A stretch of 63,283 bases of DNA from Candidatus Abzuiibacterium crystallinum (GCA_002787155.1 PCVY01000022.1:29336-92618); one strand, 5' to 3'. Counted from the stretch's first letter, positions 45,201 through 53,702 are shown. Program-made: numbers and translations. The notes: generated from the letters alone by a model not told the origin.

Positions 45201-48200
45201 GCTCTGAAGCAAGTGCTTCTTTTAATTCTTGCATCGGATCCTTAGCAGGAACCGGCGCCTCTTCTAATTCTGTTTCGTCTTCTTCTATTCCTAATAGATT
45301 GCTTAATAAATCAATCGAACCGTATTCCATCTCGCTCAACGAACCAATATCACTGATAGTCAATAAAACCGGTCCGAGGCCATCATCCAAAACCCGCGCG
45401 CTGAGTGTTGCGAGCGGAAACAAGTAGCGGGATTCAAGCGAGTAAGAAGGGAGCGCGGCACCATATACATACCTGCCATAACTTTGGAGTTTTTTTGAAT
45501 CCATTCCGGGAAACACAAATAATGAGAGAGTTTGAGCCACCCTGTCAGGATCAAACACAGCCAATCCGATTACCTTTGCCTCTTCACCTTTGTTTTGCGA
45601 GACAATCACGTTCATTCGGTAATGACGCAGACCTTTGGGTATTCCGCCTGAAAACAATCGAGAAAGATAGGCCAACGCTCTTAAGGCATGAGGATCAGTC
45701 ATGTCCAGTGCGTATTCGTCCCACTCTCCAGAATAAGTTGTGCTTTGTGCGGTCTTTGATGCTGCTCTCAACTTAAATTCTTTCTGATCAAAAGTAGACG
45801 CTGAAGATTGTGTTGGGGTTGCCTCTTGCACTATCGGCTTGAACGCCACAAAGGTCGCTGCATTATTCTTCCGAACCTTTGTTTCTACCTGTGCAAAATG
45901 AACACGCTCTTTCAGAAGTTTTTCAGCCAATAGCTTGCCGGAACCGCGAAAGTGACGGTTGACCCAAGTCTTATAAATTTCCGGCTGACCGCTAAAATCA
46001 ATGATTTGAAATCTTTGCAACTTTTCACCGATAAACTCCTCACTCGGTAAGAAAGCCAATCCTATTACTTCAGGCGTTTTTTCAGAACCTTTTCTCTCAC
46101 CCATGATCAGAAAAAAGCTGCCGCCTGATGTATGGATCATGTCAAGCTGACTTTGCGGCGAATGGGTTTCTAACTTTTCGAGAAATCCGGAAATCGCATG
46201 TACATTTGATGAAACAGCGTCAGGAATCAATACTTCGAAAATAGATTGAAAAGGATCCGGAGGACGGCTGAGTGAATCAACATGGCGCTGATTAGTAAAA
46301 AATACCTGAAATCCGGCTTCTTTTGGTAATGTGATGGAAAGTTGATGATCACCAAAAGATTCCCCTTTGGAGACAGCATGCATTTCTGCCGATTCAATTT
46401 CAATATCAGGTTCGTTTTGAACGTTTACAAGAGGCGCCTCTTCTAGAAAAAAAGTATCGGCCCAGGCGCGTAACTGAAATTCGTTTACGAATGCTTGCAA
46501 TGGTTCAACCGGCATGTTGAGACGAAATAGGCGATACTTTTCCTGATTGGAACTTTTGATCACCAAAGCGTAGCTGGGTTCTTCGGCAGCTAGTTCTAAA
46601 ACAAATATGCCATACCCCGCGCTCCAATGGTTTCGTCCCCTTGCATCTAAGCCTGCTTTCCACAAAAGATCCGTCACGGCTTGCTCAGTAAAATGATCGC
46701 CCCATTGAATCTCATACCAATTCCATGTTTGGCCCGCTTTGTCGACTTTGGTTTTGGTTTCATCTTTCGTTAATCGGACATGCAACATACCCTGCGCAGT
46801 TTCTTCGCGGAGTTCGGAACGACGTGCCCTTTCTCCTTTTCCTCGTACTTCACCGATGGTCAGTAATATTTGCTCCTCTAAAGGACTCGCGGGATCAGGA
46901 CGGATATGCACCGTTACCAAAACGGGCCCCAGGCCTTCAACTATGATATAACCAATCGACGGCGCTCTTTCTGAGAATGACGTGTCGCTGATTTGAGCAA
47001 CTGTTTTGATATTTTGAAAAGCAGTTCTAGCTTCCGCAACGGGCGCGTGGAGATGCTGGGTCGTGGGTATTTGATCATGCAGATCTTTAGTTTGTAATTC
47101 AATGAAACCGTCCCGGTAATTAAGCTGAACTCTTACAATTTGACGCGAGTCATCCAAAATCATCGGCTTGATGACTTTCTCGAAAAATTCATGAGGCCCT
47201 TCGATTGCTGTTTCCGGCAGAGGTAACGACTCATTTCTGAGTTCGGCGCGGGTACCCGATAATGCAACATCCTCAAACTCCAATACCACAAAACGCTTGA
47301 TAAAAGCTTCTGTCAATAAGTCGATCATCAGCGTCCGGTCTTCAGGAGATAATGTGCCGGCATAATCAACCAAAGCCCATAAAACATTTTCGTCTTGAAC
47401 AGAAAGGAAACCTTTTAATTGATCGATGGTTTCACCTGTGCCGTCGTTTTGCATTGTCATTTTGATAACGGCGACCTGCCTAAGAGCATCTTCTTCCAAA
47501 CTCTCAAGCCTGGCCCGGTAAAGCGCCGCTTGCCGCATCACCCACTCAGCATCTTGATCTTCAAGTTCTTTGTGCAGCCATTCCGTGATGTTTTTTTTCC
47601 TATTTGTCTCTTGAATCATTGAATCATTTTCTGAAACATGTTTGCCGGAGCGCGGGTCGAAATAAAAAACGATAAAGCCGGCCGTTCGATAGGCATAAAC
47701 TTCTGCTAAAAGATCAATCGCCACTATGCGATCCACGGTGCTCAATCTGCCAAGGCGCGAGAAAATGATAAACTTGCGGTAATCAAACTCTGAAATATAC
47801 GAATTATTATTCAGATCATTCAAGACAGAGTTGATTTCGCCCAACAACGCATCGTTGTCCATGCGCTTTAATTCTGCAATATAGTCATTAATAGACTGAA
47901 GGGTAGACGGTAACTTTCCTGCAGGTATTCTTTCTGCGATGCGGCGTAAAACAATATCACGCGTCCGCTCGAGATGAATATCAAGAACACCTGAGTCATG
48001 AGGTGATACAACTTGAGATACTGCTAAGGAAGTCCTAAGTTCTGATTTCATCTCTCCAGATGCAGACAATTCATTTAACCGGAGAATTTGATCGGGCGCC
48101 AAAAGGTTGCCGGTTTTCTTGATTTCTAAGAAAGACATGGGTTCCTTTTCCAAAGCATCGAGAACAGAGGGAACATCCGAATAGGTGAAAGCGGTCGAAA

Positions 48201-48303
48201 CAGAAAATGAAAACAACACGGAAAAAGCGGCTGTTTTCAGCGCTAAACAATGGAGTGGTTTTCGGTGGTGAAGTGGCTGCACGGTCTTATTTAACTTTGC
48301 CAA
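42244..48303 (-). CDS. Giant (2019 aa) hypothetical protein: unknown N-terminal ~1000 aa, six S1-like OB-fold repeats, a basic/Ser-rich linker, and a C-terminal module shared with the other giant ORF
   Basis: Uninterrupted 6.06-kb ORF. The repeated block [VI]xGxEVxYxGxRGFxP…G[KQ]xFxAxxxxxx resembles ribosomal protein S1 domains. The start is uncertain: TTG at 48303, or GTG 6 codons later; there is no nearby ATG. A hydrophobic segment lies near the N-terminus. Confidence 0.85.
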   Translation of the reverse strand: MAKLNKTVQPLHHRKPLHCLALKTAAFSVLFSFSVSTAFTYSDVPSVLDALEKEPMSFLEIKKTGNLLAPDQILRLNELSASGEMKSELRTSLAVSQVVSPHDSGVLDIHLERTRDIVLRRIAERIPAGKLPSTLQSINDYIAELKRMDNDALLGEINSVLNDLNNNSYISEFDYRKFIIFSRLGRLSTVDRIVAIDLLAEVYAYRTAGFIVFYFDPRSGKHVSENDSMIQETNRKKNITEWLHKELEDQDAEWVMRQAALYRARLESLEEDALRQVAVIKMTMQNDGTGETIDQLKGFLSVQDENVLWALVDYAGTLSPEDRTLMIDLLTEAFIKRFVVLEFEDVALSGTRAELRNESLPLPETAIEGPHEFFEKVIKPMILDDSRQIVRVQLNYRDGFIELQTKDLHDQIPTTQHLHAPVAEARTAFQNIKTVAQISDTSFSERAPSIGYIIVEGLGPVLVTVHIRPDPASPLEEQILLTIGEVRGKGERARRSELREETAQGMLHVRLTKDETKTKVDKAGQTWNWYEIQWGDHFTEQAVTDLLWKAGLDARGRNHWSAGYGIFVLELAAEEPSYALVIKSSNQEKYRLFRLNMPVEPLQAFVNEFQLRAWADTFFLEEAPLVNVQNEPDIEIESAEMHAVSKGESFGDHQLSITLPKEAGFQVFFTNQRHVDSLSRPPDPFQSIFEVLIPDAVSSNVHAISGFLEKLETHSPQSQLDMIHTSGGSFFLIMGERKGSEKTPEVIGLAFLPSEEFIGEKLQRFQIIDFSGQPEIYKTWVNRHFRGSGKLLAEKLLKERVHFAQVETKVRKNNAATFVAFKPIVQEATPTQSSASTFDQKEFKLRAASKTAQSTTYSGEWDEYALDMTDPHALRALAYLSRLFSGGIPKGLRHYRMNVIVSQNKGEEAKVIGLAVFDPDRVAQTLSLFVFPGMDSKKLQSYGRYVYGAALPSYSLESRYLFPLATLSARVLDDGLGPVLLTISDIGSLSEMEYGSIDLLSNLLGIEEDETELEEAPVPAKDPMQELKEALASEQATGAPVVLRAKIKDLYYSSPEHRAADGLAVSYKGIESVIMRSGLPAAPEEIFGEENELDVFVTAVPEEGPPFLTAVHPKAYRELEEAERDPKRIFNIRINKMVVHKRIDGNRVAGFEVSYNGLRGFLPYGKRPKLYGRAADWTSERLEQVVVDQFFPAKLVELKFRRGSSNQNVREPIFSVSDAERLISKEALEELKEGRENPNKTFEILVLRVMTKKNERTERPSQYRYYDRPAQEKAIGLEVYYKGLRGFVPLRLALREVVGEGDRPVLINNLMVGKTFRATLHALDRRREGLEPTFSILDAEEPDRVQSTPFEVKKPAPEVTAAAIQELEEALSIGQTFRSRQAMLAMRETERYLSRFEPRRDYDDPLGFEDSMGLGYGHEPLRDDRYERESIGGGDVEPEPVFPVTVTRVIIKLQTANEGNVVGFEVDYKGVRGFVPVRFGPGIAEDSRNLALRERLALLEEHMLGKEFPATVTELEESRRGRGQEAKFSIREGERARLKKGQKVQVRVTREAYSFGGDFGFLRRQRSETMSGLEVDVAGVRGFVPFSHLRPEIIKALRENYSQVIGQTFEAAIIDVKHYRGEMSLVLSFLDDPSQAQKALAENRSIDRRAAIQALQDQKDQPLNVTVQSVTSKGNGLNVVTAEGLRGFIYIANVLVDDKSVSSERELEGMAGYELTVYVKRIDLDREFVEFTMWEPGTQRHRGTSRGKEAAYGTWSSSARSSGAVSSGSSGIDPWIEKKLNEKKAAGQVGSAGNDGIGRARGIGFPEIRKPPKPRKKKKRSELRHFQNLLPAAFLSLSQVTALPAEQAVTDLMNVLHQQAQTAQTETRTDLVTHVFQLNPSADESNIGNIFTPQLVFGESLGLALEPLAKIIPGYLVIITPIQADRMMVEAVAGHFPDHKIMTAKSYEEARSELRSLGVGTIRLFASERDRPMDFLLKRVADEIVYIDNVLSFVRDFLGVVAANLIQQFQNARELAVRA

Positions 48304-48514
48304 AGATTGAATCTTTAAAACAAAAACCTCCCTTAAAAAAATAAGCGCTTAGCGAAATTGTAGAACGATCACACTTCAATATATACGGGAAAGGCGTAAT
48401 GGTGATTGTACCTTATAAGATGAATTTGATCAACATTTTAGGGTATTAATATTTAATAATAGGAATACAATAGTACTAAATAGTACTATGCATGATTGTA
48501 TAGAAGGTTTTTGA

Positions 48515-49630
48515 TTAAAAGAACTTTTTAACCAACCCCACAATAAACTGCTGTTGAGACACACTCAGATAGGGATGGATGGGAAGGTGTAAAATACGCT
48601 CACAAACTTTTTCCACTTCGGGGAGATCCCCTTCGTGATACCCCAAGTGTTTAAGACAAGGCTGTAAATGAAGCGGCGTGGGATAATAAACATTGGCCGG
48701 CACGTGGTGCTTGCGAAGGTACCTCAATAACGCATCACGGCGGTCAGTTAAGATAGGATACTGATGAAAAACATGATCTGTTTTACAATACCGTGCGGGC
48801 ACTTCAATGCTGCCGTTGACACCGGATTGCTCAAGCAAGTGATTATATTGTTTTGCCACCGCACGCCGCTTGCTGTTCCAATGTGACAAGCGCTTGATTT
48901 TGACATTTAAAATGGCAGCCTGCAATTCATCTAATCTAGAGTTGAGCCCGATTTTTTCGTGATGATAAGGCGTATTCCCGGTTCCCTGATTGCGCAAACT
49001 CCGAAGCAAAGTATTTAATTTGGCTTGGTCAGTCGTAATCATGCCGCCGTCTCCAAAAGCGCCCAGCGTTTTGGTCGGATAAAAACTAAATGCACCCAAC
49101 TGGCCAAAACTCCCCGTCATCCTGCCTTTCCATTTGGCACCAGTGCTTTGGGCACAGTCTTCAATCACAGTAAGTCCGTGCTTTTGCGCCAATTTGCCAA
49201 TCACGGTCATGTCTGCCGGCGATCCATACAAGTGAACGGGCAAAATAGCTTTCGTTTTCTGCGTGATGGCACCTTCGATTTTGGCGGGATCAATTTGAAA
49301 AGTACGGGGATCAATATCAACAAAAACAGGACGAGCACCCACCCGCACAATGGCTGCCGGTGTTGCAATGAACGAGAGGGGTGTGGTAATTACTTCGTCC
49401 CCTTTGCCAATACCAAGGGCCATGAGACTTAAGAGTAAAGCGTCCGAACCGGATGCCACGGCAACGGCGAATTGTGTGCCAATGAGTCGGGCAAAACTTG
49501 ATTCCAGACTCATGACTTCACGGTCTAGAATAAAACGACCGCTTTTAAGGACGCGGGCAAGCCTTGTTTGAATGCCGCTTTTGATTTCTTTATACTCAGC
49601 CGCCAAATCAACGGGAACAATCTTTTTCAT
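48515..49630 (-). CDS. DegT/DnrJ/EryC1/StrS-family PLP-dependent aminotransferase (sugar aminotransferase type)
   Basis: Family blocks GDEVITTPLSFIAT, FSFYPTKTLGAFGDGG (PLP Lys) and NSRLDELQAAIL. ATG at 49630 overlaps the stop of the upstream gene (ATGA). Confidence 0.9.
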   Translation of the reverse strand: MKKIVPVDLAAEYKEIKSGIQTRLARVLKSGRFILDREVMSLESSFARLIGTQFAVAVASGSDALLLSLMALGIGKGDEVITTPLSFIATPAAIVRVGARPVFVDIDPRTFQIDPAKIEGAITQKTKAILPVHLYGSPADMTVIGKLAQKHGLTVIEDCAQSTGAKWKGRMTGSFGQLGAFSFYPTKTLGAFGDGGMITTDQAKLNTLLRSLRNQGTGNTPYHHEKIGLNSRLDELQAAILNVKIKRLSHWNSKRRAVAKQYNHLLEQSGVNGSIEVPARYCKTDHVFHQYPILTDRRDALLRYLRKHHVPANVYYPTPLHLQPCLKHLGYHEGDLPEVEKVCERILHLPIHPYLSVSQQQFIVGLVKKFF

Positions 49631-49989
49631 AACCACATTCTAATGGCGACAATCACCAGAAAAACAGCAAATATTTTTTTAAGTAAAACGGTATCCATTC
49701 CAACAGACATCTGAGCGCCGATAAAGCCGCCAATCACGGCAAACAGCACCGCACTTAAAAGCACGCGCCAATCGATAAACCCGTAGAGCTCATGCTTCCA
49801 TGCGCCGACAAATGCGGTGGGTATGATAATGGCCAAACTGGTGCCGACAGCGTGATGCATATCGAGTTTTAACACATAGTGAAAAAGCGGTACAAAAATA
49901 AGCCCGCCCCCGACGCCCAAAAGTGCACTCACAATCCCGCCGAACAAACTAATGACAATGGTTAATGCAATAATAACCGGGCCTGTCAT
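49627..49989 (-). CDS. Half-size TauE/SafE (TSUP) family membrane protein
   Basis: 120 aa, four TM helices, GGIVSALLGVGGGLIFVP motif. There is no room for a second half on either side. Confidence 0.7.
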   Translation of the reverse strand: MTGPVIIALTIVISLFGGIVSALLGVGGGLIFVPLFHYVLKLDMHHAVGTSLAIIIPTAFVGAWKHELYGFIDWRVLLSAVLFAVIGGFIGAQMSVGMDTVLLKKIFAVFLVIVAIRMWL

Positions 49990-49990
49990 A

Positions 49991-50401
49991 TCAATGCCCT
50001 CCTTGATTTAAAGCTTGATTCACCAATCGATCGGCTTGTTTGATCATCACGTGTTCGCGCGGAAGATGGTGATAAGTTACCGAATCAAGTTGTTTTGCCG
50101 CTCGACGAGCGCGCTCTGAGAGCGTGCGGATATGATCTGTTTTGATTTTAAAACTTCCATTCATTTGATTCATGAGAAGTTGCGAGTCGGTATAACACTG
50201 TAAGGATTTAGCTTTAAGGCGATACGCTATTTCCAAACCTGCGATTAAAGCACAATATTCGGCAATGTTGTTGGTGGCTTCACCAATGGTATCTTGATGT
50301 TCAAAAACAACTTCATCTTTTTCATTACACACCACCACACCAATAGCGGCAGGGCCTGGATTACCGCGCGCCCCGCCATCTGTATAAATTTTAAGTTTCA
50401 T
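49991..50401 (-). CDS. rnhA: Ribonuclease HI
   Basis: MKLKIYTDGGARGNPGPAAIG…NNIAEYCALIAGL…TDSQL (DEDD catalytic residues). The track start at 50455 (MGSDPPGSDPW…) is the translation of the 28-nt palindrome and is rejected. Confidence 0.85.
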   Translation of the reverse strand: MKLKIYTDGGARGNPGPAAIGVVVCNEKDEVVFEHQDTIGEATNNIAEYCALIAGLEIAYRLKAKSLQCYTDSQLLMNQMNGSFKIKTDHIRTLSERARRAAKQLDSVTYHHLPREHVMIKQADRLVNQALNQGGH

Positions 50402-50425
50402 AGCAATGACCCGGAGTTTTATCCA

Positions 50426-50453
50426 GGGGTCAGACCCGGGAGGGTCTGACCCC
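50426..50453. repeat. 28-nt GC-rich perfect palindrome (REP-like), copy 2 of 2
   Basis: GGGGTCAGACCC-GGGA-GGGTCTGACCCC is the exact reverse complement of 7174-7201. It lies in the 68-bp cysE-rnhA spacer. Confidence 0.85.
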
Positions 50454-50469
50454 AAGTTTAAAACTTTTC

Positions 50470-51141
50470 TTAGTCTTTTTTCTTTCCGTGATCAATTTCT
50501 TTTTCTAAGTGGTCGATTTCGCGCTGGAGAAAATGAATGCGTTTCTTAAGCTGCAAAACGGGATCCGGTAAATCACCGTGATCCAGCATAGCAGCCTCAT
50601 CTTTTGAAACACGTTTCCCCTCACGCCTCACAATTTCAGCAGGCACACCGACCACGGTGCAGTTGTCAGGGACGGAACGTACCACGACCGAACCTGCTCC
50701 GATGCGCACATGATTGCCAATCGTGATATTGCCCAAAACTTTTGCGCCCGCACCCACCACCACGTAATCACCAAGCGTCGGATGCCGCTTGCCTCGTTCG
50801 GCACCGGTGCCGCCCAAGGTCACACCCTGATAAATGAGAACGTCTTTTCCAATTTCCGTTGTTTCGCCAATCACAACACCCATGCCGTGATCGATAAAAA
50901 AACCGGGACCAATTTGAGCACCGGGATGAATTTCAATACCGGTAAACCATCTCACCAGTTGCGCGATCAAGCGCGGAATAAAAGGTAAATGAAGTTTTTT
51001 ATGAAGAAAATGCGACAAGCGGTGCCAGAAAATGGCGTGAAAACCCGAATAAATAAAGATCACTTCCAGCAAACCAAAAGGCGTGCGTGCGGCCGGGTCG
51101 CGTTTAAAAACAGCTTTGAGGTCTTCGATAACGGTTAGCAT
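50470..51141 (-). CDS. cysE: Serine O-acetyltransferase
   Basis: The N-terminal helical SATase region and left-handed beta-helix hexapeptide repeats ([28 protein letters not shown]…GGTG…[24 protein letters not shown]). Confidence 0.9.
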   Translation of the reverse strand: MLTVIEDLKAVFKRDPAARTPFGLLEVIFIYSGFHAIFWHRLSHFLHKKLHLPFIPRLIAQLVRWFTGIEIHPGAQIGPGFFIDHGMGVVIGETTEIGKDVLIYQGVTLGGTGAERGKRHPTLGDYVVVGAGAKVLGNITIGNHVRIGAGSVVVRSVPDNCTVVGVPAEIVRREGKRVSKDEAAMLDHGDLPDPVLQLKKRIHFLQREIDHLEKEIDHGKKKD

Positions 51142-51147
51142 AAAAAG

Positions 51148-51243
51148 AGTACCGGATCTCCCTCGCGGGGACTGCTTCGCCGTGCTGCGGGACAGGTTTT
51201 GGTTTAGATTCGATCAAAACCTGTCCCGGCCAGAACCGGTACT
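51148..51243 (-). promoter_or_regulatory. Nested-hairpin element in the cysE 5' leader / cysE-nth divergent spacer (function unknown)
   Basis: Outer 8-bp stem AGTACCGG (51148-51155) / CCGGTACT (51236-51243). It encloses a 13-bp perfect stem CGGGACAGGTTTT (51188-51200) / AAAACCTGTCCCG (51216-51228). On the minus strand the outer stem is followed by CTTTTT and then the cysE ATG. Confidence 0.35.
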
Positions 51244-51356
51244 GTGTTATTTTATCAAAACCAGCCTAAAAAACTACCAAAAGGTTCTTGCCAATTAAAT
51301 CAACAGTTTATCTGATTCATCCTATTCAGGCTCATTTGCGATATACTATATTTTCC

Positions 51357-52013
51357 ATGAAACAGATACCGATTAATCGTGTCTTGGCGCACCTGAAAAA
51401 AGCAGCTCAACAATGGGTCACGCCAAGCGTCACATTTATTTCCGTTCAAACAAAAGATCCTTTTAAGATCTTAATGTCAACATTGCTGAGTCTTCGTACC
51501 AAAGATGCAACTACCATTCAAGCCTCTGAACGCTTATTTCGGCTAGCGGAAACACCGAAAGCCATGCTCAAACTTTCACGGAAGCAAATTGAGCAGACTA
51601 TTTTTCCGGTTGGTTTTTACCGGACCAAAGCCAAGCGAATTCTGGAAATTTGTCAAACACTTCTCAATGAATATAAGGGGCAAGTGCCTGATCAGTTGGA
51701 TGAACTATTAAAATTGAAAGGCGTTGGCCGAAAAACTGCTAACTTGGTTCTTACCCTTGGATTTCAAAAACACGGGATTTGTGTTGATACGCATGTCCAC
51801 CGCATTTCAAACCGCTGGGGACTGGTCAAAACCAAAACACCCGAGCAAACCGAATTTGCGCTGATGAAGGCCTTACCCAAAAGACATTGGATTGCTTACA
51901 ATGATCTTTTGGTTAGTTTTGGTCAAAATATATGTCAACCAATCTCACCCTGGTGTTCGCGCTGCCCGATTGAAAAAAATTGCCCTCGAATTGGCATCAA
52001 ACGAAACCGTTAA
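51357..52013 (+). CDS. nth: Endonuclease III (HhH-GPD DNA glycosylase with a [4Fe-4S] cluster)
   Basis: LLSLRTKD, helix-hairpin-helix LKGVGRKTANLVL, catalytic D in VDTHVHR, and C-terminal C-x6-C-x2-C-x5-C (CQPISPWCSRCPIEKNC). ATG at 51357 is preferred over the TTG at 51288. Confidence 0.9.
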   Translation: MKQIPINRVLAHLKKAAQQWVTPSVTFISVQTKDPFKILMSTLLSLRTKDATTIQASERLFRLAETPKAMLKLSRKQIEQTIFPVGFYRTKAKRILEICQTLLNEYKGQVPDQLDELLKLKGVGRKTANLVLTLGFQKHGICVDTHVHRISNRWGLVKTKTPEQTEFALMKALPKRHWIAYNDLLVSFGQNICQPISPWCSRCPIEKNCPRIGIKRNR

Positions 52014-52159
52014 TTTGCCGGCAGATTCCAGCCTACTCGTTCAAAACATTCATGGCACTGATAAATAGAGCAGCTTGATAATAGAAGAACAACGCCTAAT
52101 AAAAAGCAGATTTTCTTTAAAGTATGCTGAAACTTTTGACGTTTTTTTAGCGGATCCAT
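52010..52159 (-). CDS. Candidate 49-aa lipoprotein precursor (hypothetical)
   Basis: Hand-translated: MDPLKKRQKFQHTLKKICFLLGVVLLLSSCSIYQCHECFERVGWNLPAN. It has a basic n-region, a hydrophobic core, an LSSC lipobox and a 20-residue Cys-rich mature part. No clear SD. It overlaps the nth stop by 4 nt (convergent). Confidence 0.3.
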   Translation of the reverse strand: MDPLKKRQKFQHTLKKICFLLGVVLLLSSCSIYQCHECFERVGWNLPAN

Positions 52160-52286
52160 TTTTTAAGCTGAATTTACAAGGTTTTTAAGTGTTACTCTTT
52201 TTTAAAAAAAATATTAAGTGGGATTTTTCACCTTAAATCTGGACAGCAACCTTGAACATATCCCATCAACCCTCTAAGCTTTTATA

Positions 52287-52502
52287 ATGGAGCAACCAGC
52301 TATGGAAAACCAAGAAAATCAAGAACCAGAACAAAAAGAACCTGAAAACCAGCCTCACGGCGGTGACCAATATTGGGTCAAAAAGCAAGATACCGGCCTG
52401 GGTCAGGGCCTGAAAAACTTCATGACAGTGGTTGGTATCCTGTTTTTTATCGGTATATTTGCCGCTATCTATTTTATCCGCGGTTATATTGCCGGTCATT
52501 AA
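52287..52502 (+). CDS. Small (71 aa) protein with an acidic Q/E/N-rich N-terminus and one TM helix, hypothetical
   Basis: Track ORF. The composition is protein-like (MEQPAMENQENQEPEQKEPENQ… then FMTVVGILFFIGIFAAIYFI). The competing antisense ORF 52266..52508 looks like a mirror artefact. Confidence 0.45.
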   Translation: MEQPAMENQENQEPEQKEPENQPHGGDQYWVKKQDTGLGQGLKNFMTVVGILFFIGIFAAIYFIRGYIAGH

Positions 52503-52522
52503 TCCCACCGCAACACGGCTGT

Positions 52523-53620
52523 TTACACATTAAACCGAAAATAAATCACGTCCCCATCTTGAACGATATATTCCTTGCCTTCTGAGCGGTAAAGCCCTTT
52601 ATCTTTAACCGCCTGTTGATTACCTAGAGTCACCAAATCTTCATAACGCATGACCTCGGCACGGATAAAACCTTTCTCAAAATCAGAGTGAATCACGCCG
52701 GCTGCTTGCGGCGCCGTTGCGCCTTTTGATACGGTCCAAGCTCTCACTTCCGTTTCACCGGCCGTTAAGAATGTAATTAAACCTAACAATTTGTAACCCA
52801 CTCGAATAATTTGGTTAAGCCCCGATTCTTTTAAGCCCAGTGATGAAAGAAACTCTTGGCGCTCGGATTCAGATTCAAGTTCCGCGAGTTCGGCTTCTAC
52901 CTGCCCGCAAATGACAGCTACTTCAGCGCCTTCTTTGGCAGCAAACGCACGAACGGCTTGCACTTGAGAGCCGCCGTTGGGTAAATCACCTTCTTTGACA
53001 TTCACACAGTAGAGAGCAGGTTTGGTTGTTAATAATTGCAGCATTTTAAGTGCTTTCTGCTCATCTTCGTTGAGCGTCAGATGGCGAAGCGGTTTACCCT
53101 GTTCTAATTGAGGCTTCAATCTTTCGCAAAGTGATAATTCAAGAATGGCTTCCTTATTACCCGTCTTCGTTAACTTGCTGACTTTATCAATCCGTTTTTG
53201 AACCACATCCAAATCAGCCAGACAAAGTTCGGTCTGGATAATCTCGATGTCGCGGATGGGATCCACCGAGCCGGAAACGTGGGTAATATTGTCGTCTTCA
53301 AAAGCGCGCACTACATGCATCACAGCGTCCACCTCTTTAATGTGCGAAAGAAATTTATTGCCGAGCCCCTCGCCCTCCGCCGCCCCTTTGACAAGTCCGG
53401 CAATGTCAACAAAGCTGAGGGTAGTGGGCGTCACTTTAGGCGGATGATAAATCGCGGCTAATTTGGTCAACCGTTCATCCGGCACTGAGACAATGCCCAC
53501 GTTTGGTTCGATCGTACAAAACGGATAATTAGCCGCTTGCGCACCCGCTTTGGTCAGCGCGTTAAAAACGGTCGATTTACCGACGTTAGGAAGTCCGACA
53601 ATCCCGCATTTGAAACCCAT
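52523..53620 (-). CDS. ychF: Ribosome-binding / redox-regulated ATPase YchF
   Basis: [23 protein letters not shown] (P-loop), DIAGLVKGA, and a C-terminal TGS-like domain ending RFNV. ATG at 53620 with AAAGGAGAA upstream; the track start at 53671 is rejected. Confidence 0.95.
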   Translation of the reverse strand: MGFKCGIVGLPNVGKSTVFNALTKAGAQAANYPFCTIEPNVGIVSVPDERLTKLAAIYHPPKVTPTTLSFVDIAGLVKGAAEGEGLGNKFLSHIKEVDAVMHVVRAFEDDNITHVSGSVDPIRDIEIIQTELCLADLDVVQKRIDKVSKLTKTGNKEAILELSLCERLKPQLEQGKPLRHLTLNEDEQKALKMLQLLTTKPALYCVNVKEGDLPNGGSQVQAVRAFAAKEGAEVAVICGQVEAELAELESESERQEFLSSLGLKESGLNQIIRVGYKLLGLITFLTAGETEVRAWTVSKGATAPQAAGVIHSDFEKGFIRAEVMRYEDLVTLGNQQAVKDKGLYRSEGKEYIVQDGDVIYFRFNV

Positions 53621-53702
53621 GCATTTCTCCTTTCTTGATAAATGAAGGTGAAATTTTACCACAGGATGCACGTCGATCTCTTGTAGATTTCACAAAAACC
53701 GC

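Noticed and set aside
50402-50455. N-terminal extension MGSDPPGSDPWIKLRVIA of the RNase HI ORF
   Set aside because: It is the translation of the 28-nt REP-like palindrome. The conserved RNase HI N-terminus MKLKIYTDGG starts at 50401.
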